Assembly: GCA_050575255.1 (NCBI GenBank)
Contig: JBNZDD010013686.1
Span: 62,001-126,000 of the forward strand
DNA length: 64,000 nt
Reading direction: 5' to 3'
Source of the DNA: Harriotta raleighana
Lineage: Eukaryota
Shown here: positions 1 through 13,528 of the stretch, piece after piece
Position numbering within the stretch: position 1 is the stretch's first letter
Layout of the letters: every line of letters starts with the position of its first letter
Program-made: the position numbers and the translations under genes
Notes under the pieces: generated by a model
The model's database searches: none
Told to the model about the DNA's origin: nothing
The model's input: the letters and a program-made list of their open reading frames with translations, nothing else

Positions 1-171
1 TTGACAAGGCCAGTAGACCCCAACTAAAGCCAATGATTCCTTGGCTGCCTGGCCCCGTGCGCAATGCATTCTTGGATAAGTTTTCGATAACAGAAAAGAC
101 AGAGAGAGAGAGAGAGAGAGAATAGAAATGTAGCCTAGCTGCGGTTTTATTGCTTTCTTTTTTGCTTTACT

Positions 172-211
172 GCTTTGTTATCGCTTTATAGCAATAAAGC
201 GATAACAAAGC
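172..211. repeat. Perfect 18-bp inverted repeat, 4-nt loop
   Basis: GCTTTGTTATCGCTTTAT-agca-ATAAAGCGATAACAAAGC. Confidence 0.95.
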
Positions 212-727
212 CGGAGCAGGCCGTCTACGGCTCTCTGCTCCTCCCCCCCCCACCCTAGCCCCCGAGCAGCTCTCTGCTCCCACCCAGGAACGTAACCACC
301 GCGATCGACAAGGGTTAACTGTATTTTGAGATTTCTTCTGGCATGAAGGCACTTCATCAAATGACAGGATTATTGTATTACAAGACCAATATTTGAAAAA
401 AATGGAAATAATAATTTGTCCTGGTCTCTCCCATACCTCTTTGGCAGCAAGCTTTTTAATACCTTCAATAAATTGTTGGTGTAATCTCCACCATCTCCTT
501 TCTGGGTAGCCTATTGTACATAATGCAATCAACTTATTGTGTAAAATAATTAAATATGTCCTTCTGAGTTTGCGTCCATATCCTCCCAACATGAATGGTG
601 CTAGATAAATGCAATTTTGTTGATGTTGTTCTTTTGGTGTCTTGTTATGGAGCATCAGATAAATACCATAAGATATTACAAGAAAACAAGTCATCTTTTT
701 TCTTCATTGTATGTAGCTTACATTATA

Positions 728-1370
728 ACATAAGAAGTAGGAGCAGGAGTAGGCCATTCAGCCCCTCAAGCCTGCCCCACCATTTAACAAGTTCATGGCT
801 GATCTTTTATCCTAATTCCATTTACCTACCTTATCCCCATATCTCTTAATCCCTTTATCTTTTTTTAAAAATCAATCAACCTCAATCTTGAATGTGTTGA
901 ATGATTGAGCAACCATAGCCTTCTGGGGATAGAGAATTCTATAAATTCACTCCCTTCTGAGTAAAGAAATGTTTTCTCAATGCAGCTTTAAAAGGCTGAC
1001 CTTTAATCCTGTGATCCCTAGTTTTATATTCCCCAACCAGGGGAAACCATCTCACAACATTTACCCTGTCAAGGCCCTTCATAGGTTTCTGTAAAATCAA
1101 CTCTAATTATTTTATATTCTGGAGAATATAGATTTAGTTTACTCAACCTCTTCTTGTAGGTCAACTCCCTCATCCCAGGAACCAACCTAGTGAATCTATA
1201 TTGCATTCCCTCTAAGGCGAGTATATCCTTTCTTAGATAAGGAGACCAAAACTGCACACAATATTCTAGATGTGGTTGCACCAAGGCCCTATACAGTTGT
1301 AGCAAGACTTCCCTATTCTTATACACAAATTCCTTTGCAATGATCCTGCCGTTAGCCTTTCTAATTGTTT
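728..1370 (-). mobile_element. CR1-clade LINE 3' fragment (ORF2 C-terminus plus 3' tail)
   Basis: ORF 1069..1326 has LYRALVQPHLEYCVQFWSPYLRKDILALE, a typical CR1 ORF2 end; tail ...ggcctactcctgctcctacttcttatgtt. Confidence 0.9.
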
Positions 1371-1395
1371 GCCTCTTAATTCTCAGATAAACTGT

Positions 1396-1545
1396 AATAA
1401 TAATAATCCTTGCATTTGATAGTGCTTTATCTCGCCTTTCAGGTCTAAAAGCGCTTCACAGAAAATACTGTAAAGTGAATTGACTGTATATTCTGTGTGA
1501 AATGCAACTATCAATTATGAACAGCAGCGTCTCAGAAACAAATAA
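1396..1545 (-). mobile_element. tRNA-SINE 3' half
   Basis: ataataatccttgcatttgata...aagcgcttcacagaa...tactgtaaagtgaattgactgtat matches the full copies. Confidence 0.75.
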
Positions 1546-2204
1546 GGGTTGAGCAATTAATAATGCATTGATATATTATTTTTGTAAAAGGCAATCATCA
1601 ATCCCAGTTCAAAGATAAACTTCAATGTTTAATACAAGAAATGCTCTTACACCTAAACTCTTTAACTCTCCTTATTGTCTCAGCACTACCCAGTATAGTT
1701 TGCAGACTTAACTGCCTCCAATTATGATGTGATTAAATAGCCCCATGGGAGCTGAGCCTTTGAGGCAGAGCAAAATGGGTTTCACATCATAATTGGCCTC
1801 TATTGTCCTGCAGCCTCACCAAAGTGTCTTTACTGCTGTTTTTATATGATGATTTTTCTCATCTTAATTTACTCACCTGTACCACTTGGAGGAAAATTGT
1901 AACTCTTTTTTATGTAACAGCATTTACTTACAGCTGACATTCATCACTAAAATTAGACCATTGTTTTATATAATCGAGTTCTACACCAACAGCACGAGTC
2001 CTTCCTGCTGACTATAAAAGAGTATAAAAGCTAAACAATGCTCGTATTCTGGAAATGAAAATTGGAGTTGCTTTGTCAGAAATTTGAAAGGAAGAAAATT
2101 ATCTCAATAAGGTAATAAGACCTACAGAAGCACAAGGTTATGCTTCAAGGTTATGCGAGAAAGTGGAGCATGTCCAGAGACAAAGGTAGAGGAAGTGATA
2201 AGGA

Positions 2205-2390
2205 GGAAAGTATGATTGTGCAAATTAAACAGCCCCAGAATCTACTATTTGCCAAAAATGTTCGTGAAAATTGGAAGGTGTTTTTGCTGGCCACAGGACT
2301 ATCTACCTGGAAAAGCAACAATATCCTGTAGTTTTGATTATTTGAGAGCATTACAGGTGATGGCACTTTATGACATTAGAACCATTTGTG
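2205..2390 (+). mobile_element. Possible degenerate Ty3/Gypsy gag N-terminal remnant
   Basis: KQPQNLLFAKNVRENWKVF..LLATGL resembles the NxxENWxxF...xxATGL start of gypsy gag proteins; short and broken. Confidence 0.35.
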
Positions 2391-2420
2391 TGTTGTTTTT
2401 TGCTGGTGAAATGAAAAGGG

Positions 2421-2610
2421 CTGTGGATGCTGGATCCATTCATACGTTTGGGAGGCGGGCATATATTTGTGAGGTCAGTGTGTTAAAGGATATGGGGCAA
2501 GGACAGGTAATTGGACTTGAGTTACAGATCAGCCATGATCTTATAAAACAGAGGAACAGACTCCAGGGACTGAATAGACTATTACTGTTTCTAATTTTCT
2601 GTTTTTTCCA
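2421..2610 (+). mobile_element. CR1-type 3' tail fragment
   Basis: ggatatggggcaagg...cagatcagccatgatctt...; same family as the tail at 728-930. Confidence 0.75.
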
Positions 2611-3211
2611 ATAAGTTCAGTACAGTACTTAGTTTACTGCTAAATAAGTGGTATAGAATATTTAGTCCAATGGAGTTTCAATTTGCACCTATATAAATCT
2701 TAGTGCACTGCTTGAAAGTCTGAGGGAATAACTGAGAGCTGAGCAAGTCATTGACATAGAAATTAATGAACCACTGCAAAAATTAAACTCAGTCCATCTG
2801 TCGTGGAAAGTGTTTGGTTCACTTTGCACTGTTACATGTCACTGCTGATGAGCACAATCAGTGAGATAATCAATAACTAATGAAATACTGGCATCTGATA
2901 AAGACAAAGATCTCCATATGCTTGAGGCCCAGATCCTTATCAACTATGTACAAGTGATGTCAACCTGACATATAATGAATTAGGTTGATGTAGATAGAGC
3001 AAGAGCTCTCCTGCAATTTCAAAGCAATTAATAATGCATTGACATCACACACTGCCTCATTACAGTTTTCCACTTCATTGCATCCTTCAGTTTAAAGAAT
3101 GGGTAACAAAGCCTTTATTGCTGCTGGTAAGTCAACAGGAAGTAGGCTTTCAAATGACAGGGGTTCAATTCTGTACAACTTATTTAGCAGAAAGTACAGT
3201 GCATGTTGCAA

Positions 3212-3400
3212 GAAACAGAAAATTAGAAACAGGGGTAGGCTACTCAGGCCCTCAAGCCTGTTCTGCCATTTTATAAGATTATGGCTGATCTGTAACTCAA
3301 GTCCAGTTACCCGCACTTGCCCCATATCCCTTGATATACTGACCTAAGAAATATCTATCTCTCTCCATCTTAAAATTTGAATGGATCCAGCATCCACAGC
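3212..3400 (-). mobile_element. CR1-type 3' tail fragment, inverted relative to 2421-2610
   Basis: Reverse complement aligns by eye with 2421-2610. Confidence 0.75.
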
Positions 3401-6400
3401 AGTTTAGGTTTACCTCCACAGGTGAAAGGTAAATGTAAATTTAAATTCTATTATAAATAATGTTTTCTATTTTGGGTATTACAAAGAAATTATAATAATA
3501 ATACTGTAATACTTTATTGCGCCTTAGCACTTCATCAAGTCAGTTCAAAGGCTTCCTAGAATTTTACTGTACTGTATTTATAGGTGAACATAACAACCAA
3601 TTTGTACACATCAATGTCCCACAAACAGCAAAGAAATGTATGACTAATTTTATCTTTATCCAGCACCAGTTTTGAGGTGGATTTATAAGCAATAGTTCCC
3701 CTGATCCCCTAAGTACAGTATATAGAGGCTAAAATGTGACACTCTTCATTTTGTTCAACCTTCCCTCTCCGTCCCCTGTGAATGAATGTAATGTTTTGCA
3801 AACAGTCTTATCAGCCCATTTCTGATGTTGGTGTCAAAGGACAACTACAATCAAGCCCAAATCAATATACCTTCATCTTCGAGTATCAAGTGATCTGTGA
3901 ACTAAAGTTGTGTATAAAATGATGGAAACTTGGTCATTGAAAAGCTGTTACCTTCTCAGATGATGTCTGAAGTTATACAGTTTGAAACCATCATCCGAGA
4001 TCAGATAAACACACTGAAATCTTTCACTGCTGTCTGTTCGAAACAATATTGTATTAATTACATGTGGGAGTTTTCAGTCTTGCTTTATTCTGACTACAGC
4101 CAATCCCTTTGTCCCAGATCTTTGATGTTTGATAGCTAGAAATGCTTGGTGATATAATTCCTGTGGGTTTATTCATGAATACACTGCAGATAATTCCCTA
4201 AAATGCTACATCAACAGTTGGGTGTGGCTTAGGAAAATAAAAGCCAGTCCATTAGTGGCACTCTGTTTGCTCGTGTCTGTCTGTCTATGACTTATTTCAT
4301 ACATATAAAATAGAAAAGTGGTATTAGGTTCATATGTGAATTTGGATGAAACCTACACCTGTTTTTTCCACTCAACCCAAACTTCCTTCATCCAGTAGCT
4401 TCCTGGCCGAGTGCCTTGTGCAACTGCGCTGATGAAGGCTCCCTCAACCCAACTTTCCTGAACTGTGTTTGCTATGGTGTAAAAATAACAGAACAGTTTT
4501 TTAAACATCATATCCCACCCAATTCCATTCATTCATTTTCTGTTTGATTTCCATCCCATAGTGTTGCACAAGTAACCATACCACATGGCTGACCCACATT
4601 CTCTACTTAACAAAATAACTTTTAGTTACATGTCATTTCTGATGTGATGAAATATCTTTATATCCTTAATAGTTGTACCTTAACTTGAGAAATTAAAATG
4701 CAGTGAATATATTTTAAATATTATGGTCCAGATTAAATGTTCTCCTCTAATTCCAGTCGTAATAAATTTTAATCATCATAATGAATGGTGAAACAGCGTG
4801 ATTAATTTATGTCCCAAATATCTGTATATAAGAATTGAATGAACAACAACAACAAAAAAAAATTACACTTATAGAGCGCGTTTCACGTCAGGAGGACGTC
4901 CCAAGGCGCTGAATGAAAGTAGAATTAAACAACCCAACCCAAATATAGGAGAAAATTTGATGTTCTGTCTTATTGCATCTCTATATCTTTTGTCTACACT
5001 TTCTTTTAAATTTCCGCAAATGTTCACTTTGTATGTTGTTTGTGGTAAATGGTGAAAATATGCGCTTTCAACAGATGTAACTGGGTCGCAATCGCGCAAG
5101 GGAACCCTTGCCAGTTTTACTTATGAACTAGCCTAAGAGTTGAGATTTCTTGAGATTATCCCTTTACTGTCCCATTCGAGATCAGCCAATTCAGTTTAGA
5201 GCAGGAATCAAAACTGACCCTTCTTAGTCCATATTGAGTTCTACATGACATAATTTACTGACTGAGAGCATCTTGAGAAATAACTATTAAAATTCCATGA
5301 TTGACAGGGCTTAAATTGCACAGATAGAAGAATCCATTTTCTCTATACTCAGCAGCTTACTGTTGTAAATATATTTTTAGTGTCTCATAGGATCTGAGAG
5401 CTACACTCAACCTATATATCTCTGTAATTGGGTAGGAAGTTATGAACTGAGTTAAGCTGATGTGAAGTCATGTGATACAAAATGTAATATTAAATATTGC
5501 AAAGGGATCATTATTCAAACAGGCCATTCTTCTTTTCACCTCCCCATCTCTGCTGAATTGCTGTTATTGACATTTTCTTCTTTCAGGTTGGATGAAGGCA
5601 CAGTTTGGCTCTTCTTCATTAACTAACTCACAATTATTGGCTATGAAAGGCATTTAGTGTCATGAAGGGCAATTTCCACCAGGAACTATTTATTTATCCT
5701 GATACTTGAAATGGGTTCCATGAAAGGGTGGAACAATCTAGAGAAATAAACTCATTTAAGAAACAGCTTTTGAGATTTTAATGGAAAGAAGGTAGGGCTG
5801 GCAATATGAGATCAGATGGCTACAGTGTCTCCTTTCTCCAAACCTCTCTTGTCATTCCTCTGTCTTCCCACCCAATACAATTGGACATGTTGCTTCATTT
5901 GATTGATCACTTCTAGGGAGAGAAAGACTAGTTTATGATGAATAATATCAAGGAAGGAAGACCTGAAACTTGCTCAATTTCTTTGAAATTTCCACTCTTT
6001 ATTGAACACTGTAAACAAGTACATAATAATCACTAAACAAAACAAAACAGCTCGGTACAGTGAGTGTAGACATCGAACAACAAAATGCAGAATGCAGCAG
6101 AAACAACCAGCACAAAACATATATATTCCCCCATGTTTTGGTTTAATTTTTCTTTGAAGTTCTCTTGTCACATAGCAGTGGCCCAGATTTTATTTCCTTC
6201 AAAAGGAACATCGACATTTTACACAGACACCTTAGTTTGCATTTTTCTTTCACAAAACATAGCATTAAAGGTCTATACAATGGTTCGTGCTTCAAACAGT
6301 TTAATTACCTTGATACAGGTTTATTGTGGGGGCAGATTATGAGTGCTCTCAACCCTAATGCACTCCAATATGTAAATAAAAACAATTACACACTATACAA

Positions 6401-8692
6401 CGTTCCTTCATTTGAATAACTTTTTCACTTGTTGTCTGTCTCAATATGCTTCTAACTACATGTCAAGAGTATATATAATTTCAGGTGGGTAATGCACTTG
6501 AAAATCTTAAATCACTCTATAATAAAATAGAAAAATATTGATACAGTGTCACAGCTGGTGATGTTATTTTGCTCAATTAATATTTTGTCAACCGTTCTCT
6601 GTTGCAATAAATGCACAAGTTAATACATTTAGTCTTTGTCACACAAAGGTTTCCGATAGTCAATGGTGTGAAGGCAGCAAACACAAATCCATATGCACAT
6701 ACTACTGAAGGGAATGGAAATTCCCAAACCTGAAACACAAAGACTCCAAATAACACAAAAGAAGAATGTTGTAAACACTACACTGTTCTGCCAAAAGAAA
6801 TGGGCCTGACATTCCTCTTACTGTTAAAGCCCATTTAACAATCCTCCTGAATTCAACAAAGAAAGCATGAGTGCCTGGCATTCCTACATCCTCTGTGTGG
6901 GCAATGTGGTTCCAAGATAATTTTAGCAGCCATCAAACAGGCACTTTTATTATTTACACAGCGATAAAGAACTAAAATGATTCCATCGAGTTATATAAGC
7001 AAAATTGTTTCCAAAATTGATGAGTGCAATATGTTTTGTAAGCAGTGGTTCAGTGAAAAATCCAGGAGATCAACTGTTTAGAGTACTTATGCAGTGCAGT
7101 GCTTATTTATACTTTCGGCAGATAAGATAGGCCTCCTCCCACATCCTCCAAAAGGTAAAAAAGCAGAACATGGTAAGATGCAGTCAATCATCTGATACAT
7201 ACACCTCAGAGATGTGGAGACACAGCGCAAGTTCTAGTTAAGAGAAGGTGGTGGTGGGAGGGGTATAAAGGCTCAACCAATTCAGGGCAGCAGCTCAGGG
7301 GAGTGTGTGACCAAATGTAGTTGTATTGAGGTGATACTGTATCTCTTTTCAAATGGAAACTTGGAATTGTATTGGGAGTGAGAAGTCAGTTGCTTTCAGT
7401 CAGACGACATTGCAAGATAGTCTGGGAAGTGGGCAGGAGTCCAATACTCATAGATTTAATGACAATTGGCACTCGACTAATGAAATGGAGCAGTATTTGT
7501 CTTTGCAGTTTGCCATTGAGGAAGCAGCATCTACCATGGAAATCTCACTTCATCCATATCGTACAGAGAAGGATCATTTCTCATCGGTGCTTCAGTAGTT
7601 TAAATGGAGTTACCGGGGACAAACCCCCAAGATGCAGCTCATAATCAAGCTTAACTCTCTTGGGGAGTGTATGATGGAGAGATTGCAAAACATTCAGGTT
7701 TACACTGTTCTAAAGTTATATCAGTCAATGAATAGGTTTAGGATGGACTCAACCATCTTAAACCTAGGATATGGACTCAACCAGTGACATGAGTGAAGTA
7801 GATAAATGTAGATGTTTAGCACTCAGGTCATGGTAGTTTAGTGCAGTGCCATGACTGAGCCCTGGACAAGAGGTGTAAACAGTGCCATAGAGAGCACCTG
7901 GCATTAAGGTCAGTCATTATCCTCTGTATCCCCTGTATGCCCACAGTTAAAATTGCATCGGGCAGCTGTGGCACTGAATAGAACAACAATGAAAAATTAT
8001 AGATGGGGGTAAAGTTCAGGAACAAACCACATTAAACACATGCATCCCTGGCCCTACAAAACTCAATTTTTAAAAAAATGCCAAGATGTCATTTTTACCT
8101 GTGTCTATTATGAAAGGTCAAATGGCAAACAAGCAATGCAGAAAGCCACAAAGTCTAAGTAGGAATGCCAAAGCCAATTCTGTGACTATAAAAATGTTCT
8201 TTTGACACCTACCCGCAGTGACTGCTCCAATGCTGATGCCCATTATTGTGCTGTAATTGAGGTGCCTTACTTACAATGCATTGCTTCCTTTAAAATACAT
8301 CATGCCTGAATCTTTTTCAAAACCATTCCAACCTACTAGCTTTCTCCTTGCCTACAAAATATCTTCTAAAACTGTATCTTAAGTACGTAATCAGTTTAGT
8401 AGAGAGGTAACTTATATTGGGGTCCTGCAGGTTCAAATGTTACAGCAATTTTTGTGGGACTCCTGACATTCTATATTCAATCTCATCAAAGTTTTAAGAC
8501 TGAGATTATTCTCAATACTCCTTCCATATACCGTACTATGGATCCAAGTTGCTGCCTATTGATTCTATTTAGTATATTCTGCATTAATTTTATTGTAAAA
8601 AAAGGAAATGTTTGCAATTTGAATTGAATTCAAAATAATAAGAACCCAGTCATGTGTACCTAGAGTGAAAAATCCCTTTTACTATATCCATA

Positions 8693-9003
8693 AGTCCTGT
8701 AGCTCAGTGGTTAGAGCATTTGCCTTACAGTCGCGAGATCCATGTTTGAATCCAGGCAAGTCAAGGCAAAACCTTGGGCATGTTTCCTTTCTCCACACAC
8801 CTAATAATAATCCCTCCAAAAAAAACCACAATAATAAAAATCGGTCATTTCAATCCATGACTGTTTGTGGGATACTGCTCTGCACAATTGGCGGCCGCGG
8901 TTCGTCCACAAATATACAGTCAATTCACATTATAGTATATTCTATAAAGCGCTTTGAGATGTTTAGTAGACTTGCTATATCATAGTCAAGGATTATTATT
9001 ATT
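8693..9003 (+). mobile_element. Full-length tRNA-derived SINE (Deu-like core, L2-like tail)
   Basis: A box TAGCTCAGTGG, degenerate B box, core ctgtttgtgggatactgctctgcacaattggc, tail caaggattattatt; about 10 copies in the window. Confidence 0.88.
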
Positions 9004-11384
9004 TTCATTATTATAAATGCCTCCAGAGCTGTGTTTGGGCTGAACCCCCTGGGTACTATTTCCATCCAGCATTGCTGTCGATATTTTCTGTCTTTTTTCC
9101 CCCATCATTAAATGCGCTATTGTCAGCTTTTGTGACCTGGTATTAATAACTACCTGTTTTATATACCTTACTGGCTTCATAAGGTTATTAAGAAAGTACC
9201 TCCTCAATAGCCTTGATAAGCTAAATGTTCTTATGTTGCTGTTTGAATTGTTAGTTATGCCAGTAGTAGAAATGCCAGGAGAAGTGCAAATCACATAAGA
9301 TTTGTCTGTTAACATGATCTCCATCATTTCACCTTTATTCACTCAAATTGAAATTATTGATAAATTTAGCAACAGGAAGAATATCGGGCCCAGAATTCCT
9401 CATCAGGTAGAGTTTTCGCGTAGTATTTGTATTAGTGAAGAATTGGGATATGTGTTGTCTTTCAAAACTATACGAGGCAAAATATAATAAGTACTGTACA
9501 ACTGTATTTGTCTATGTACATATATATTTTGCAATTTATACAATATATAGAAATGTTAAATCCATAATGCTAAATACATCAAAAATTACGAAGAATTATT
9601 TGTAGAAAATATAATTTTTAATTGTAGACTCTTTGCATTTTAATGTTGGACAGACATTTTTGCATGGTTTTATGGTACCTCAGAAGGTCAACTACTGCAT
9701 TTGGAGAGTTAACTATGGATTTGCTATATTTTTTATCATTAAAAGTAAAGTTGTAAATGAATTGAGAAACAGCGTGAATATTTTACAGCTCACCATTTGA
9801 TGCCATACTGTATTAACTATTATAAAAATCTACTTTTTGTGACCTGAGGAAAATTGCAAACCGCAGGCTACGTATGTGACAGGAAATTGATGGCATTATA
9901 AAATGTTGTTTACCAGGACATTCCTCAATAGGACTTTTTCCTTTGGTATGAAGCTTAAGTTGATGCAGACCATATAAAATTGAATCACTCCTTAAAATGT
10001 TCTGTGATGCTAAAATGTTTTCTTAACATTTGCCAGGACATGATCATTCTAACTATTTAACAGATCTCAGAAGCTTCACCAGTGAACAATTCAGAGCTAA
10101 ATGTTAGATTAAATTCACAGTTTATGATATGTTAACCGACCCAGGGCATCTTTGGAATATGGCCTGAAACGTCCCCATGCTAGGGGTGGAAAGATATTGA
10201 CCATATTTCTCATTGATTGACCCAGTGACTCAAGATGGAAACTGAATTTGTGAGGTTAACAATAGACTAGGCTTAGCTATGATAAATTCTATTATCAAAT
10301 GGCCTGTTGATACTCAACGTCCAAACTCATAGAAGAATGACCACTTGGGATGAGGTATCAGAAAAATGCCAGCACAAGGAACATTGTATTCTGGCAAGAC
10401 TGAGTGCATTCAGAAGAGGAAGGAAGAAAATTGGCGAGACCTCAGAGATGTTTTCAACCACGTCATCACTTGATAAACAGACATCATAAGACTTATCAAA
10501 AATACAACTAAAGATACCAGCTTTGTACAATCATTCTGATGACCATACCACATCAGCATACGGGTAATACACCTATTCTGGTGTATTATCACTTTCTATT
10601 CCATTGCTCACTACTAAAAACATAGTTCAGCTACAACATCACGTTCCTTACATAGATCCCATTAATGATCATTTTTCATTTAATTAAAAACATTCCCGAC
10701 AAAATTCCAACAATTATGTGAAAGCATCAATAATGTTCCTACAATAATAAATATTACAAATATTAATAGAAATACTGGTAGAATCTATCATTACTTCATT
10801 TTTTTATATTGCCACTTGTATGATAACTTAAATTTGGGTGCAGTATTTGGCAACTTATTTGTTATACTGAATTTTACCTTGGGTGCAATGTTACCATTTA
10901 TTACCCTTCAAATGTTTGTCAAATGTTACTGATCTCTCATCTAAGTTGCAAATTTGTTTCTCAACCTCTAATAGAGAGTCCGTAAAGAATCACTCCCTTC
11001 ATTATGTGTTTTGTTACAGTATGTTTTAAAGAGAGGATTTACTGTGTAGCTGCAAATTGGCAAGGCTAGAAATTTCAATTGGGTAAGAATGGAAAAGTAT
11101 ATTTGTGTTCCAATGAGCTAGCACAATATTTCTACAGCAGCATTGTTTGGTAACACTGTGAAGTTCAGCATGTCTGCCTCTTGCCACTGATGTTAGCAAT
11201 TAATCAACAATTTCAAACAATTGTACTGTCTGCAAGAGGTGGTGATCTGTTTGCGGAGGCAATGCAATGTTTGAATGTTTGTTTATTTTCGCAATCTTTC
11301 TACGAAGCTGCTTTGGAACTGGCAACCAATTTAATGAGAAGATTGACTCAACAATCTTTCTCCAATCAAGAAAATAAAACAACA

Positions 11385-11580
11385 ACAGCAACAACAACAA
11401 CAACAAAATGACACTTGTATAGTGCTTTTCACGTCGGAAGGACGTCCCAAAGCACTGAACAGTCAGGTCGGGACCCGAGCGGGGGGTGAGGGGGGGGGGG
11501 TTGGAGGGGGAAGGAGAATGAGAGAGGGAAGAGTTACGGGGGGAGCTGAAGGCGTGGTCAAAGAGGAAAAGCGTGATGGC
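11385..11580 (-). mobile_element. L2-like 3' tail fragment
   Basis: (CAA)n + acttgtatagtgcttttcacgtcggaaggacgtcccaaagcact; near-identical short tails at about 4840, 31000, 32990, 36890, 39535, 42645, 53095, 56160 and 59195. Confidence 0.7.
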
Positions 11581-12350
11581 AGACTTTATATTTTTATATT
11601 TATTATCCCTTCATTCCTTACCAAAACCTTATCAAAAATAAAATGAAGAATAGGTTAAACCAATGACTAAAGGAAAGCAGTGTGCCCTAGCCCAATTAAG
11701 CTCCACACCGACCTCTTATCTTGGTCTGAGCTTAAAGGAGCAAGGAACCCTAAAGGATATAAACAGTTTGATAGGGGCAGTTTGAATAAAACCAACAGCA
11801 AAAAACTTCAATCTTTCTCCCTCAGCAATTCTGAATCTATGCACACAAAGAAAAAAGAATTTCTTTAAAGCTACTTCCTTTTCTAACTACCATTTTTTTC
11901 AATTACTGCCTTCCTTTGTACATATAATGTTGCTATGACAATTGATAGAACCATCTCTCACTAATACAAACTAATTTCAATTAATTATGTAGTTAATGTG
12001 TCATCCAAACAAGAAGATAAAACTGTAGGATGAGCCCTTGATTTAACCTTATAACAAATTAACCTACTTTGATTTTAAAGTGATGCTGATTTATTCTTTC
12101 TAAGGAGCAAAACAATCTGGCAAGATATTTTCAAAGAAAGATGGTGGACCGAGTAAAACTGTTTTAATAAAATACTGAACACATGGTTACAAAAAATGAA
12201 AGGAATCATGACAAGCCAATATGAAGCATTTGACTGCGCAATGAATGATATTAAAAGAAAATACATTAAATGTATGAATAAAGTTTAGCATTTTTTGTGA
12301 TTAACTTTATGAAATTAGTGAATAGAATTTAGCAATACTGAAGCTTTTTG

Positions 12351-12356
12351 TTTATT
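12351..12356 (-). terminator. Candidate polyadenylation signal of TENT5D
   Basis: AATAAA on the - strand about 1.2 kb after the stop; alternatives exist (e.g. 12090-12095). Confidence 0.3.
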
Positions 12357-13528
12357 CATTAATAAAACTATTAGTTTATCTACTTATCTGTTGCTACTAC
12401 CAACATGTTATTTAAAAATAAAGCATGGGCAAAATGCTGTTTTGGAGGTGATCAATTGATTGATTGATCTCTGTTTTCATCCATAGAATTGCCGAATACA
12501 TGTAAGTGAATGCCATCAGTTCCTGAGAAATGAACGCATATGTTCTTTCTTACATACAATTATGCAAGTGCTATTCTTTCACCAACCATGTTGTGAATTA
12601 TTTAGATGGGAATGTTATATATGTAACAGATACTGTGGCAGATGATTTATCAAATTCAGTTTTCAAGAGTTAACAGATAAGTTTTCGAAACATTAGAATG
12701 TTTTTTTTAAAGTATTGGTTTGACAATGGTATGACAGAAGACTCAAGAACATATAGAAAAACCTGTGAAAATAATATTTAGACCACAATATGAGCCTCTC
12801 ATTATTGATTGCAGCCCTGACCCAAATTACAGTATAACTAATTGACACATCTCAGAATAATCATTTCAAATCTTATAGTTAATTGATTCTATTTATACAA
12901 TTCAGGCACTTGTGTGTCAGATTATTTACAAAACAATCTTTGGTCAATGAATGTTTTTTTGTCACAGAATTATTTGAACATTTAAAAATGTTTTCCTCAT
13001 GCATTTCTAGTTGCAATTAACTGTTATGTATCCAGAACAATAAGTATAAATTGTTGTTTTACTATGCTACACGAGATCCTGACAGCAGATTAACTTTGTT
13101 TTATGTCTTCTAAGAAATGTGACTTTCATGCCTAACTATGATCACAAAAGCATGAGTAGACAGTGCTTGTCATTCCCACCATCCAACTTCACCTAGTGAC
13201 ACTAATTACATCTAATTACCTTTAACTTTTTAATCTATTTTATACCCCCTATGCTAATAGATATGTCAGTGTTTGCACAGTTCTGAGATCATCTTCGTTG
13301 ACTAAATACAAATGGAAACTAAATGGCACACGGACAACTTGGTCATTTCTTATTTGCAGATCAATTTGAATGTGAGTTACCTCACTTGGGCATACATCTG
13401 AACAGCTGATCTGACTGTCAAACAGCAGCTTATTCATTAAGTTCCAATCTGCTTCTTTCATCAGATCTTTGGGGATTCTGCAAACACGTGTCTTGTTTAA
13501 AAATCTGAGGTATGCATTCTACATAGTA

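Noticed and set aside
167-694. 175-aa ORF as a single-exon gene
   Set aside because: Its 5' part overlaps an L2-like tail and its 3' part is low-complexity; only 437-510 looks exon-like
7353-7644. Overlapping ORFs suggesting a coding exon
   Set aside because: No recognisable motif, stops in the antisense frame checked, and no clear splice boundaries
8693-8770. tRNA genes at SINE heads (also near 15650, 18770, 45200, 50710)
   Set aside because: Each continues into the same SINE body and the acceptor/T stems are broken
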